Origin: Psammoneis japonica
Taxonomy: Eukaryota
Reading direction: 5' to 3'
DNA: 64,000 nt
Assembly (NCBI GenBank): GCA_008632985.1
Contig: QPGO01000001.1
Coordinates: forward strand, 838,404 to 902,403
In this document: positions 1 through 13,600 of the stretch, piece by piece
Position numbering within the stretch: position 1 is the first letter of the stretch
How the letters are laid out: the number at the start of each line of letters is the position of its first letter
Notes under the pieces: generated by a model
What the model was told of the DNA's origin: nothing
Databases searched by the model: none
What the model saw: the letters and a program-made list of their open reading frames with translations, nothing else
Translations under genes and position numbers: made by a program

Positions 1-2293
1 TTCCTGGAAAGTCATGGCTTGTCTCCCACACCGGCAAGCAGTGCAATTTTGGCGAAAAACAGCGGTTCATCGAATGTGACAACTGCACCGAATCCGACAA
101 TTGGCGTTTGAAGGTTTTGAAATGTGCAGTTCACATGTGGGTCCAACAGCCCTGATGGGGGCTGGACACACTCATGAGTGTTTGGGGGTGCTCAGAGGCA
201 TCGCAAAATGACACGGGCAAAGTGCGGGGAAATTGCAAAATCACGAGCTGATTAAAAAAATGCCTCATCTAGACGATCCATCCTCAACGGGGACCCCCCG
301 CAAGTCTGTACGTCCATCCACTTGAGCAACTTTTTCGAGTTGAACACAACCCTTCTCGTGTCAATCGCTGTGATAAAATCCATTTCAGTCTGTTGCACAC
401 CAACCTTGTTGCAGCTGTTCTGCTGGCAATCCTTTTCAACAAATCGTTTGTTCTGCTCCTGTTGCTGACATTTGGTGAAAAGGATCACCAGCAGAAAGTG
501 TTTTGCAACAACAACAATTGCATCTCAATGTCACCGTTGCCAATCAGCAGCGATGCCCCAAACGCCTCCACGCCCACCCAAATGGAAGAAAAAGCCGACG
601 AAAAGAAGCACACAATCCCGGCAGATGATGCATGGTGATGGCATGGAAGAAAACCAGGGTTTCAGTGCCATGGGCAAGTCGCAAAATGTCAATGTTCTTT
701 GTCGTGTTGCGCCAACGTCGTGCATCTCATGAACGTTCGTTTGGTCATTGCAACTGTCCTGCTGTCAATGCTTGCCAACAAATCGTTTGTTCTGCTCCTG
801 TTGGTGAGGTTTGATCAAAAGGATCGACAGCAGAAGGTGTTTTTATGACAGCAATTGTTTGTCTCCATGTCGCCGACCCAGCGACACAACAAACGCCTCC
901 ACCATCCACCAGCCCAGAGCCCACCCAAATGGAAGGTCAAGCCAGAGGAAGAGGCGCAAGCAGGAGATGTGGAGTGCCCTTAGCTGTCCCTTTGTTGATG
1001 GAGAAGTTTTGAACATGAAAACAACCACAAACGGTGTCTTTTGTGTGTTGGCGGCATCAAACAAACATGCATTCAGTCGAGGTGCCGGAAACAAAAAAAG
1101 AATGCCAAACTGTCTCCTGTGGGACACTCACAATGCCCACCCATCAGTGAACGACAAGTGCAAGGGTTTGAAACATTGTCTGAGCTGGGACAACTGCAAC
1201 CAGTTGTGATGCTGTTTGTCAGTGTGCACAGTGCACTCGCCACAACTCTCGATTCTGGGTTTTGACTCTAGTGCAACTCTCGATTCTAGGTGCCTTCTAA
1301 CAGAAATGCTCAACAAAGCATTGCTTTAAAGTCTTAAAATGGCAATTGCTGCTCGAGCAACTCCCACACAACGAAATGGGGCTGCCCAACATGCCAGTCG
1401 CATTGCGTTTTCGCGGATTTCCCAATCCCGATCATCCGATCATGCTCTCTACAAACCATTGGGTTGGTGTCTTAGAATCTTGTGTCAACACCCATTGCTG
1501 CTAAAGACACTCCCCCAAATGCCCAACATGACATCCACGTTTCGGTTGTGTGTTTCAAGGATTGCCTGATTCCGACAGTTGCTGCTGGACTGCTGGAGCT
1601 CACATTTGCAAAATCATCCAACAGATCAATGTAGACCAATTTCTCACCGGAGCCCATGGTTCTGCCATGATTGCCAGTTGTAGATTCTGAATCACTGTGA
1701 GGCAGCACTTCTGAACTGCCAAAAGTGTCGGGAGCAGCAGCAGCATTTCCATCCTTGCAGCCGGCTTCAGACAGTCTTCCATGACGCCTGTGTCTTCCTT
1801 GTCTCTCACTTTGCTTGGCGCCCAATCCTCAGAAGAAAAACACCCTTTGGGCTCGCATGCTTCATGGCACCTGTGCTGGAGGTCTTCACCCGACCAAGTG
1901 ACAGTGCAGCAGTGTGACCCTCGGCACAGTTGTCTGCCGCACGCAAAGGGCGGCCGAATCTGAGGCGCCTCAGAAGGCAGATGAGATGTTGGACTCAACA
2001 ACTCCCAGAAAGATGCCACACGTTGTAGGTCCTTAAACACAAGGCCACCATCCATCCATGCACATTGAAAGGCAGCTGGAAACGCGGTGACAAGAAGCCT
2101 TGCGGCGTCAGCAGTCTTCATGGTTGATGTGCTGTTTTTGTTACGGAAAAAACATCGTGTGTCCACAGACCTTTTTTGGCAGACGATTGATGGACCATCG
2201 TGACAGCGCCAACTCTTCAGACCGCAGAAGCCACAAAACATCAGAATCAGCCGCAATGATGATGACACCCCGGCTCACACTCCTGACCTCACC

Positions 2294-4647
2294 ATGTCAT
2301 TTTTTCGTGATTTACACACTGTCGAGCAAGCATCCGAGTTCCTTGATGTCTCTGCAGCGGCCTTGCATGTTGTGGAGCTACTTGAGGGGGAAACATGCTC
2401 CATCTCTGGATGCGACCACCCTGCCGTGCGCCGCAACAGATCAAGAGGACCTGGCTCCGGTCACTTTTGCGTTCTCCACCGTCAAGGGTGGTTCCCAAAA
2501 GCTGATCAAGAAAGCAGTTGTCGAGGGTGGGGTCTCTGTGGGTCTCAACATCTCCGTGATGAAGCACTTGGTCGCAAACAGAGTTGCTGTTGCTGTGACG
2601 ACAGCTGCTTGAAGATCGGCTGCTGTGCAACCAATGTAAGGACACCTCGAAAGAAGGAAATCATTCGGACCAAGATTGCAAATGCTGTGGGTGGAGACCT
2701 CTCAGATGTGGTGAAGGATGACAAGCTTCAAAATGAGCCACGTGCGGGACTGTGGCTGGCTCCGTGGCATTTTAGACCGGAAGAAAGGACGTGCAATCCC
2801 AAGATGAAAGAATGGACGATGAACGAGATTGATCCCAATGAGCAACACTGTGATGGCGACCACTTTGCACGGACTGGTTTTCCACCACCAAACTGCCTGC
2901 CTTCAGACTTTGTTGCATGCGAACTTTCTGATCCTGCTTGGGAACGACCAATCAACTGGTGGAAAAGCAAGCAGGCGGCATCAGTGCGAGGCGCAGGCTT
3001 GCAGTCGTGGGTTGCGGCATGCCGTTCGGTCAAACCACTGAGTGAGCGTGATCCCAAAACTCCTCTTGCACATGTGGCCTTTGCAAAAACTCAAGTTGTT
3101 GTGAAGAAAATGTCTAAGATGGCTGTGTTGAAAACAGAAGAGTCAGAAAAGAAGGATGACATCATTGCAAATCTTCGCAGCACCCTTGCACTCGCAAACC
3201 ACGACAAGAATGTCTCCAAGAAGAATGCAAAGCAACTTCAGAACCAACTGGAGTCCTGCAAATTGGAGCTCATTAAGTCCAAAGAGACAATGCTCGAGTT
3301 GGAAGACGAGTTGGTGGCTGCTCATGCCACAAATGAGGATCGTCCTTTGTTTTGCAGCGACCTTGCGCCAGGTGGTGGACTTTCAAAGGCAGCAAGGACG
3401 TGTGCGCATTTTCCCAACTGTGATTCTAATGAGGCCTTCCTGTGTGTTCTGAGTTGGGATGATGACACAGAGGGAGGTGGTTGCGACCGTGGCGATGGAC
3501 TGTGTGTTGGCTTTCGTCGATGCAGCAGGGTGTCTGCCAAAGAAAACGACTCGGAGAAGTGGATGTTAGTGACCAGGAGTTTCCCACCAAACCTGAAGCA
3601 AGAGTTGTTGATTGGAAGACCAAATGCTTGATCTGTTCCATGTGTGCAAAACTTGGAATCTCGTACGAAGCTGTGGAACCTTTGTTTGCCGTCTCTCCTG
3701 GCATCATCAGTGACATGACACACACTTGGGCTGTCTTCTTGAATCGTTCTCTGTCACTGTGGTTTCCGACTCCAACCAGATCACAAATGCTGCGGGCTTT
3801 CCCTGATCGATTTGCATGGGCTTGTGGACATGCCCTTGTCTTCTCACTTCTCGATGCGACAGAGTGTTGGACACAGACAACAACCGAGAGTGATGCTCAC
3901 TCGAGCATGCACAGTGACTGCAAAGGTCATGACACAACAAAAATGCTTGCAGGCACAGATCCCATTGGTTGTTCCCACGATGGATCCATCGCGGAAGATG
4001 GGCACCCAGGATCAATTTCAGATCCTGTCGCAACAAAGATGAGCAAGCTTTTGGACAACGTGCCCTTTGGTCACACGACTCTGGATGACAAAGGATTCAC
4101 GATCGACAACTTTGCAGCACGGATGGGCGTCGGGACCCAACGACCTCCGAAGAAGATAAAGCTGCAGGTGAAGCAATCAGAAGCGGACACGGCTGCCACG
4201 CAAAAAGTTGGGAATCTACGAATCTTTAACGAGATGGTGAATGGAGCTGCAAAGATGTCGACGCATTGTTTTGATTTGCCAGTGCCGATCCTCCAGCTTG
4301 GTCTTGTGCCTTTGATGTTTCGAGTGGCATGCCTGATGCAGAACTTTCATCCTGCATTAATTCATGGGCAGACGTCATCATTCGTTGACGAAAATGGCAA
4401 GGTGCAGTCAAGAAAGCGACCATGCCGTGGTGAGATCCGATGGTGCGGCGCAACAGATGAAGGCCTGTTGGACTGTGGAGGTCACATTCATCTTTGGGGT
4501 AACGTGAAAGAGGTTGATGGATTCACTTTTCTGAGAAACGAGCACCCAGACAAGAGTCTTGTCGAAACAGGCGAGATGGCACTGCAAGAGAAATGGGACA
4601 ACAAGCTACAAGAAGGTCACACGAAGCATGCAGTCGGCAACCCATAA
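2294..4647 (+). pseudogene. ISL2EU/Harbinger-type transposase (possible THAP-like N-terminus, coiled coil, HTH, DDE_Tnp_4), frameshifted near 3480-3630
   Basis: LLDATE..., MHSDCKGHDTTKMLAGTDPIG, GSISD, DDKGFTI and KVGNLRIFNEMVNG match the DDE_Tnp_4 pattern (IDxTE, YSxYKxH, GxxSD, ADKGF, RIxVER). Split over ORFs 2294-3631 and 3481-4647. Confidence 0.8.
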
Positions 4648-4649
4648 AT

Positions 4650-4835
4650 TGTGACAACGAATGTCGACACTGTCGTTACAAAAAAGAACAACCTTGCTGT
4701 CATTGCAACAATGAGCAAAAGTGCTGTCGTTACAAAGCATGTCGACACTTTCATTGCAACACCAAGTAAAAGCACCACAGTTGCAACACATGCCACCAAC
4801 ATCATTGCTGCAATGATGAGTGCTGACACATCACC
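4650..4835. repeat. Degenerate minisatellite between the convergent transposon ORFs
   Basis: Recurring gtcgacact, gctgtcgttacaaa and tcattgcaaca units. Confidence 0.5.
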
Positions 4836-4838
4836 ACT

Positions 4839-7102
4839 CTAAGACTCTTGCAGTGTTCTGAACAGATCTTTGATTGCGGCACGATCGCTGCGAAAGCAAG
4901 CTTCATCAAGCATTTTCTTGCGTTTTGCCATGGTCCCATGGATTTCGAAGTTAGCTCCGACACCCTTTCTAACATTTCGAAAGGTGTCCGAATCATGCTT
5001 CTTTGAAAGCTTCTTCTCCCCTTCCTCTGTGGTCCTGGGTGCTCTGGCAATCTGCATCTGTGAAACGTGACTTGTTGTTCTTGTTTGTGGTCGGCTTGAA
5101 GATGGTTGGAGCCACGCACAAAAGTCAATCGTTGACGGCTTCTCTACAAGGCGGTCTTCGCCCCAATGAAAGCACTGGGACCACATGGTCCTAGCTTTGT
5201 GACTGCAGTGGCCCAGCCCGGCAGCACATGGGCCCATGCAGAGTGATGCAACAATGCCCGTGATTCGACCAAGGTTGTGTTTGTCCTTGTCAAATGAAGT
5301 CTCCTCCACTCGCAGCACAAGCAATGTCAGGTGCAACCGTCGATGAGCACGTTCGTCTGGATCCGCATTTCGTTTGGCAGCAGAATCGGTTGTCATGGAT
5401 GCCGGTTGTTTTGCCAGGACATGCAGCAGCTCTCTGTCCTCGGAGAAACAGATGGCGTGACAATGCAGCTGTTTCTCCTCGCATGCATGCTGCAACGTCC
5501 CCCCGATGCTTTTCTGATTGATGTTTCGGCCAATGTGAGCAAAGCATTGACATGTTGTAGACTCGGGCAGTTCAGGACTTTCAGTGCAAATGTGGTCAAA
5601 GTCATCACTGAACTTTCCTCCAGCAAACAAGTTGTGGCAGTCCTCGAGGTGCTTCTTAATGTGGCAGCTCCGTGGATCCAAAATAAACGGGTCGCTCAAT
5701 TGATTGTTTGAGATTCGGAGAATGGATTCTTTGCTGTTGTCGCATTTTGTCTCAATTTTTTTGAATGATCCACTGGTCTTCTTATCTCGATTGCATGCAT
5801 GACACAGCTGGGGAACGGAAGAGAAAAGGTTTTGGAAGCCTCGTGCCGACTGCCTCATTTCGTCACGCGACATGGCGGATCCCATGTCATTCACTGCATT
5901 TCCACCATGAGCACTCAAGCAGTCTTTTAATTCAGCAACAGTGCAATCCTCCACTCCCTTGTTCTTTGGCAGTGAGAAGCTGGCTGTGCCATCGATCTCC
6001 TCTTTCGAACGATGAAGTAACTGCGACGTGCTTGTTGACTCAAGTGCTTTTTTCTCCTGGTTGGAAAAAAATTCCTCCCACGTTCGTGGATTGATCAATC
6101 TGCCAGAATGCTGTCTTGTCCTTTCATTTGACCGCTCTGTTGTTTTGCCAGACTGCACAAACATTGCTGTTGCTGTCATGACAGCGACACTCTTCGTAAC
6201 ACGTCACAACGTCGCGAATGTACGTTTCACACCGTTCCACAGCATGCAAGTCATCGTGAACATTTTTGTTGAGTTTTGAGCTAAGATGGAGAGCAAAGCT
6301 GGCAACCAGCAATTCAACTGTCACACCTGGACAACTCAACATGGACTGGAATGCATCAGCCACCGTTTGCTTCCCAGCACCGTGCACTCCACTTTTGTCC
6401 GGCGTACAATCACATCCGAAACAAGCTCCACAAATCTGGAACACAATGTGGCCGAACTTCTTGAAAGATTTCCAAATTGTGGCAGATGGATTGTTCGAGT
6501 CAAGCTCTGGACTGTCTGGGGATTGATGTGAGATCAAAGCATTGAAAATCCTCTCTTGAACAGCTGTCAACTGCCATGACACGCTGGTGCCCAAGTGCAA
6601 GGAGATCGCTGTCGCCCGTGATTGCAGCACACGGACAGCTGCCGTCATCATTGTTGAACCCAGTCAGGCGGCATTGGTGATCTGCCTCTCCACGTGCAAC
6701 AATGGAATCGATGCCAAGGTCATCGCACACCTTCTTCGTCATCGCCACGAACAATGGAGCCATTCGACTGCTTGCTTGTTTGCCATGTTCAGCAGCTTCT
6801 CGGCGGAGGGCATCGCGACGCTCATGTTCATGGCGTTTGTCGGCCAAGTCTTGACCATCAAAGACCACAAACATGTTCCACTGACACATGCATCGAAAGC
6901 AATAAATCTTACGAGCAAAATGTCGGAGTGGGATGGAGTGATCAATGTTCTCCTTGTCGGTTGAGGTGCAAGACATCATGCAGCTTCGGAGAAGGCCTGC
7001 TGCATCAAACGAAACACGGTTTTTCCCAAAATTCAGCTGACGAAACGTCTTTGGCCTGTTCGGGGGCAAAGGCACTAGTGGCAGAAGTCCGTGGATTCCC
7101 AT
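4839..7102 (-). pseudogene. XPG/FEN1-like (PIN + H3TH) nuclease with SAP domain and SWIM-like zinc finger, in three frameshifted pieces
   Basis: MGIHGLLPLV, VSFDAAGLL, VVFDG, GEADHQC, GDSDLLALG (XPG N/I); GCDCT..GVHGAG (H3TH, consensus GCDY); CTVAELKDCLSAHG (SAP-like); CxxxCAAGLGHCSH (SWIM-like). ORFs 6500-7102, 6124-6651, 4839-6179. Confidence 0.7.
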
Positions 7103-7651
7103 GGGTCTGCTCAGAGATGATGCTCAGCATATGAGTGCTTTGACGAGCGCACCTCGACGTTGTGCGATGGAGTGTCGAAAATCCAGAAAAAAGTCAGCGC
7201 TGTCACAAACAGCGATTTTCGTCTGCACGTCTTCCGCCAAAAAAGGTCTATCGCGGAGCGGAATCGGCTACGGGCAACGTACAGAATTACGGGGGGTCCC
7301 CGTTAACATAACTTTTCTTAACAGTATGGAGGAAGAACTGTAAAATGTAGAAGTAATACAGTGTCAGCTCTCCCGAATTTTCACCGCACGGTCCCCACGG
7401 TCTCGTGTCTTCGTTGTTATTATTTGTGGTCGTGGAAAGGGTGAGATCGTTCCCAACATCGCTGTGTTGTTGTCCAGCTTGTATGTTATGTTGAACTGAC
7501 ATCAGTGCATGGCGTGCATGGCTGCGTTTTATGATTGGTCTTACCGCCGATTGAATTTGATTCGTCTGCGTCCACAACACTTTTCTGTAGGTCAAAACCG
7601 TTCCGACACACAAGCACAAAACGTTGTTCCACCATCGACGCTTTCAGAGCC

Positions 7652-9646
7652 ATGAGCAACAACAAACGGAAACGGGAAACCGACTTGGTAGAGGACGTGG
7701 CGAATCAAACCATGGATGAATGGGGGAGCTTCGTACGTGATAAGGAAAGTCTCCGTCAAGAGATTATCAGTGATCTGAGAAGCAGCGGTAGTAACAACCA
7801 AGAAGAGTTGGAGGGAAAAGCAATTTGCGTCGTCCGAAAACTCCTCCGTCAGGACATCCATCGGCAAAATGAGCAGCTCAGCCGGCAAAATGAGCAGATC
7901 AGGCATCACATGATGTATACGATTGATCGGCTTCTTCGGCTCCACAACGCTAGTGAAGGGGACGACAGAGACTTGAAGGCGCAACTAGCGAGCTTTCGCA
8001 TCGTAAAGTCCAATGAAAGCTCAGGTAGCTCACATATAGATACTGGCCGAAAACAAGCAGCGATTAGTTGCACGCCCTTTGAAGTTGATGGCATTTCGTT
8101 CCGCGACCAAGATATTGATACGTTGCCCTCCGCCATCCTAAGCAATCAGCAGCCGTGGCCGAAAAAGTACACAGGTGAAGCTGATGTCCAAAAGTTTGTT
8201 GCATTGTTGCTGGATGATGCATTGACATATGTCAATTGGTTCCTCAAGAAATGCCTGCCGAGAGACTCAGAAATGCCAACATTGATTGCCAGGCCTGAGG
8301 CGAGCTTGTTTTCCAACAAACCGGATCACATTGTGGTATTCGATGAAAGCACTTTAGTGCCTGTGTTGAATGTGGAGGTCAAGAAAGAACACAGGCTTGT
8401 CTTTGAGTCGGGCAGTGTCAACGGACAAATGTTGGACTACATTATGCTGGGAAAACTGATTCATGGGCACTATTCCTTTGGAGTTTTGACCACCTTCAAC
8501 GAGTCTAAACTTGCGTGGGTAGATGAACAAAGGTGCAATACGGAGGCCTCAAGGACCGGAAGACTGAGCGCCAAAAATCTTTCTCAACTCACCGAAGTCC
8601 TCGCAAAGAACATGGGCAAAATGAAGGTGACAAACCCCTCGTATGATTCTGCGTCCCTTTGTGCTGAAGAACAAACTATTGGAACGCCATTGAATCCCGT
8701 ACCAGAACCTGTGGTGGAGGCACCGAAGTCAAGGTTCCCACCCGAAATAGTGGAGGAGGCATTGACGTCGGGTTCCCGACTCGAAATAAAGAGCTCGACA
8801 CAAACCTCTGAGGGAACTAGAAGGGCCACTCAACCCGGGCGATCCACGTCTTCTAGACCCATACGGCAGACCACCGAAACGTACAAGCCACATCAGCTGT
8901 TTACAGTACTTTGCAATGCCATTGTTGCGTCTTTAAGGATGGGTCAAAAGAAGCTACAAATACACAAGAACTTTGAACAGAACGGGGTGGTGTCAAAAGA
9001 TGATTGTGTTTTGCGCTTATCGAATACGAAGGAACGCAAGAAAGGGCATGAGTGGTGCTTTCTTGAGCAAGATTATCGTATGAAGGGTCTCTGGCATTTT
9101 GACGATAATCAGGAAGAAATATATGTCGCGGACCTTGTAGGCACTGGGGACACTTCCAGAGTTTGGCGCGCCTTTGTCAAGGCAGAAGAGGACGGCTATG
9201 GTTACGCATGCATCTTAAAATATTGGATCAAGGTTTATGACCCGCATACGAATAAGACTTGGAGCAGCGATAAAATTGATTCTGAATCTGAAGGAGCCAC
9301 AGCGAGAGAGGTTGAAAACTACCATCTGATCTATCCAGAATGGAAAATGTTTGTGGGCCGAAAGAGGCTCAATGCACGGTGGTGTGTCTGTCTTCCATTC
9401 TTTGAACCTGTGGACCGCAACCATGAAACACTGAAGAAAGTTTCGCAGATCCTTGAGGAGAGGTTTTACAAAAATGGAAAGTCATATCAGTTCGCGGGAT
9501 CAGATCGTCGCTGGCGGCATGTAGGCCAGTTTCGAGAGGATACAGTACTTTTTGATTTGGCTGGCCTGACGATAGTCGAGGCAACAAAGGAGGACCACAG
9601 CAAGTACGTGACCAGTCACATTGAAGAATTGAGGCGTCGAATGTAG
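7652..9646 (+). CDS. Crinkler-like protein: PD-(D/E)xK restriction-endonuclease-like domain plus degenerate kinase-like C-terminus
   Basis: Long uninterrupted ORF with normal TpA content, first ATG at 7652. KPDHIVV...LNVEVKK...GQMLDY (REase fold); LVGTGDTSRVWRA, ILKYW, DRRWRHVG, LFDL (kinase-like). Confidence 0.65.
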   Translation: MSNNKRKRETDLVEDVANQTMDEWGSFVRDKESLRQEIISDLRSSGSNNQEELEGKAICVVRKLLRQDIHRQNEQLSRQNEQIRHHMMYTIDRLLRLHNASEGDDRDLKAQLASFRIVKSNESSGSSHIDTGRKQAAISCTPFEVDGISFRDQDIDTLPSAILSNQQPWPKKYTGEADVQKFVALLLDDALTYVNWFLKKCLPRDSEMPTLIARPEASLFSNKPDHIVVFDESTLVPVLNVEVKKEHRLVFESGSVNGQMLDYIMLGKLIHGHYSFGVLTTFNESKLAWVDEQRCNTEASRTGRLSAKNLSQLTEVLAKNMGKMKVTNPSYDSASLCAEEQTIGTPLNPVPEPVVEAPKSRFPPEIVEEALTSGSRLEIKSSTQTSEGTRRATQPGRSTSSRPIRQTTETYKPHQLFTVLCNAIVASLRMGQKKLQIHKNFEQNGVVSKDDCVLRLSNTKERKKGHEWCFLEQDYRMKGLWHFDDNQEEIYVADLVGTGDTSRVWRAFVKAEEDGYGYACILKYWIKVYDPHTNKTWSSDKIDSESEGATAREVENYHLIYPEWKMFVGRKRLNARWCVCLPFFEPVDRNHETLKKVSQILEERFYKNGKSYQFAGSDRRWRHVGQFREDTVLFDLAGLTIVEATKEDHSKYVTSHIEELRRRM

Positions 9647-10120
9647 AACGAGAGGGTAATGACGCTCGACATTGCCAGTCGGTGTTTGCAATCACTTTGC
9701 GGAATCAGATCGTCGCTGGCGGCATGTAGGTCAGTTTCAATAGGAAACCCTTCTTTTTGATTTGGCTGACCTGAAGATAGTCGAGGCAACAAAGGAGGAC
9801 CACAGCAAGTACGTGGCCAGTCACACTGAAAAATTGAGGCATCGAATGTAGAACTATAGGGTAATGGCGCTCGACATTGCCAGTCGGTGTTTGCAATGCC
9901 ATGAATTTTCATACAGTACATTGGAAGTTTCGAATGCCATTGAGCAAGGTTTGACAGAGATGGAACGTCATGTCTGTTCGTGCTTTAGGTCGTTGCCCGT
10001 AGCATGTTGGTCAGTTTCAAAACAAATATTTGATTTAACTGACCTGGAGATAATTTGCACAACAAAGGAGACCGCAGCAAATGCGGTGAACGTGATCAGT
10101 CACATTGAAGAATTGAGCCT
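9497..10120 (+). repeat. Tandem duplications of the 3' end of the upstream gene
   Basis: atcagatcgtcgctggcggcatgtagg...gacattgccagtcggtgtttgcaat at about 9497-9692 and again at about 9704-9897. A third, more degenerate copy lies at about 9990-10120. Confidence 0.85.
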
Positions 10121-10699
10121 TTGAATGAACTCACACATTTTGTATTCGAAGGTATGAGTGACTAAACTAAACTTAAATGTACAAAACCGGCCTATTTTGT
10201 GTGTGTCATGGCCGGATGAAGATCGAGAGTATGGTTTTGGAAATGTGAGAAAATGGGCCGTAGAATCTGGCATGTGTCACGTAGACTCACCAGGCATCCG
10301 GACGGCATTTAGTCAGCAATCCTCGACATCGGACAAAATAAGACAACACACACATTGCAGGTAATTGCATCATTCCTGAGGATGACACCAACTGGCCAAT
10401 GCTTAAAATGTGGAAATGGGACCTTCAGTGAGTGTGTCATGGTCAAAAGAAGATGGAGAGCAAGGTTCCGGAAATGTGGGCACCATCGACCGTAGAATCT
10501 GGTGCTTGTCATGTAGAAATGACACAATTCTCAAACATTTTTTGTGGATTTTGACGTCATGTGCTGCATGGCATACGAACAGGCTGCACACACACCTGGC
10601 ACAGTCACTTCTGTAGAAATCACACATGTTCCTTCACCTGAATGCACTGGTTGCATTGGGGCAATGGTTGTGAGGGAATCCAGGTGTCTGTGGGAGGAC

Positions 10700-13600
10700 G
10701 TCGGGATCTCAAGCTCTCACATCTAACTCAAGTCCATTTAGAACCATGCACACACCACATCCAGGTTTGTTCTCAGTGGAGTGGTGGTTTTGGATTCTAG
10801 AAGTTGAAGGTTCAAGAGCCTGCGGCGTTTCATCTGAATTGTCAAAGAACTCTTTTTTGTCAGGGGGTTCTTTGCTTTTGCCGACACAATCTCACCAACT
10901 TGTCCACAATCTGGATGCTCCTCATCAAGCCAGTGAATTGTCTGCTTGATGTTGTTGCGGCAACGCTTCATGGTTTCTTCCTTGTCCGGTTGTCTTGCAT
11001 TTGCCGAGTGCCAGCTCTGTGGTCAGCCTTGATTTCGATCCCTGGCAAAAACGGCTCAAGGTCACTGTCACCACTGTGGTGGACCTCTCATGTTGGACTT
11101 GGTTTCCTGCCACACTCTGCAGCCTTTTGGTGGAAGCTTGTGTTCATTTGGTCATGATCACTGACACACCAACGACAACGTTGACAGCAGTTTTGTGATG
11201 AGTGATGTCATGCGCCCCACCCTGCACACTCACTGACACAGCCTGGAACACTCTCTCTGCCCTCATCAACCCTCCAGGCAAACCCTTTGGCAAATTTGCC
11301 ATCTGCAACATCCCCTTTGCCGCATTGTCATTCTCTGATGCTGCCAATGCCACTCACCTCACCCAGCAGCTCCCCCACATGAAACAAGCCCCGACGCATT
11401 CCCACTGCATCCTTGCACCACACACACGCTTGCTGCCACTGATGACACCATGAACCAAATCCTCCAACCCTCCCCCCCACTGCACCGCCACCATCCCAGT
11501 CTTTCTCCCCAGTGACAATGCCCCAACACACATCAAACTCCCATTCATGCCCCACCCCATGACCACCCACCACACCAACCACAATCTTTACAAATTCCCA
11601 GGCTTTCCTGCAGACATCTGTGTCCTCAACCCAATCTCAAACAAACCCTTGTCATCTGCACCCCACCCCAAGCCAACCCACCACTTGCCCCAATGTGCCA
11701 ACGCTGCCTGGGCCCAACCTGCTCCCACCATCTCCAGCTTCCCCCATGCTGAAGTGATCTCCCTCTCCTTCACGTGGCAACTCCCACACCAGCCATGGCT
11801 CCCACTCCAGCCAACGTCACTCCAGCCAATGTCGCCACTCAACCACCACCACCCCTCCCCCACAATGGACCGCAACCAACCACAAATGCAGCAACACAGC
11901 CTGCCTGACCCCTTTGATGCCATCCTTGACAGTCTCCCTCCCACACCCCTTGATGACCCCTCCCAAAAAGGCATCAACAGCAACTGCATGTCTGGCCACG
12001 CACACATGGTTGACCTCGACGATGACGCCAATGACCACCAGCCAATGTGATGACACCAACACCACCAACATGCCATTGCAACACAACATTGATCACTTTG
12101 CCACCCTCACATCATGTGGTTAAATCCCACTGCCCCAAGTGCCTTTGAGAATGGAAGTGCGCCAGCCAAGGCTCTGGCCACAGAAGACAACACTGACCTG
12201 CACTCCCTCCACCAGCTTCTCCAAGAGGGGAACCCATGAGCAACATGCACCCAGAGTGCCCATTTTGAGATGAATGGTCCCCGCCAGAAAACACCACAAC
12301 CCGAGACCTCCCCAAGGCAGTTCAAGCCCATTTGTGCACCAAGCACAAACATGCAGACCTGCATTTCTCCCTCAAAACTTCCTCTCCCAAGCCAGTCTCT
12401 GCTCATGCCACCTGTGCAACTCCACCAAGCACTTCTGCCTGCACCCGGCTGACCTGCACAACCAGCACCTCACCATGCAACCACCTTCTTGCCCAACACA
12501 ACCCAAACTGCACTGCCAACAACTCCACTCTCATTGCCTCACACCTCCTCCATGACACTGCCTGGCCACCTGCGCTCCCATGGCTGGCCACACTTGATGT
12601 GAATCCCCCACCCTTCCATGCCTCCACTTGTCACAAACTCTCCCATTTTTGGAGTAAAGTGCAACTGCTGAGGGAGAGAATCAAGACAAGCTGACTTTGC
12701 AGAAGCAGCAACCATCGAAAATTTGCCGCACGCAGATTGTGATCCTTGTTCAGATGACAAAAGATTCCACAAAATCATGCAATCACCCAAGGCTCCAAGA
12801 CAGTTGTTTTCAAAAGGCTGGGAATCCAAAAATGAAGCACAGAAGACAAAAAATTGAGCATTCTTGGATCGACCAAGTGCAGCAGCAATCAGAAGCTTCT
12901 TGGAAAAGCTTCCAAAAGGCACTTGCCAAATGCAGGCACAAAAGCAGAAATGAAATTTGTTGAACAGCGTGCACTTCTCTTCCAACAACCAGTTCCACAT
13001 CGGAAAAGAGAGGAAGGCTGCCAGACATCTTGTGCTGCCCATGAAGAACTCAGCACAACAACACCCTGCAGGGAATGGTTTGGTCGGTCTGGTGTCCCTT
13101 GGGGTGGACACATGTGGTGCTGTTGAAACCTTCAGCAGGAAACAGGAAAAGAATGTGAAGGAGTGTCTCATCCTTCAATCCAGAACAAGCCCGAGTTTTA
13201 GTGCTTGGGCTGGCGAGCATTGTTTCCAGGCCTTCCAATTCCAGATGCAACAAAGAGGAGTGTTGCATCAACTTGAAACACTTCAATTTCACTCCTCTGT
13301 CCAAAAACATTGACGTGTCAAAAGACAAAACAAAAAAGGGGGCAAGAGCTGACACCACAAGAGTGAAAGAAGCCAGAGGAGCGACAAGTCACAAAACAAA
13401 GGACGAACATGCCATCAGATGGTGTGACGACCACAAACGCATGTTGCCAGCTTTGCAACTCACCTCATGCTCTGTCACCCATTGCCCATGTTTGTGTTTT
13501 AACAAGCAAATGCTGCACATTGGAGCACAAACCAAAAAAAAGGTAAAATGAAAGAAACACAGTTGGACAATGACAACAACAACGAAAAATCACACCACTT

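Larger units (their letters stand above)
288..7302. mobile_element. TIR DNA transposon, PIF/Harbinger-ISL2EU-like, degenerate
   Basis: Left end cggggaccccccgcaagtctgtacgt (288-313) matches the reverse complement of right end acgtacagaattacggggggtccccg (7277-7302) with 2 mismatches. Flanked by tcaa (284-287) and ttaa (7303-7306). Contains a DDE transposase and a nuclease gene; TpA-depleted throughout. Confidence 0.85.
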
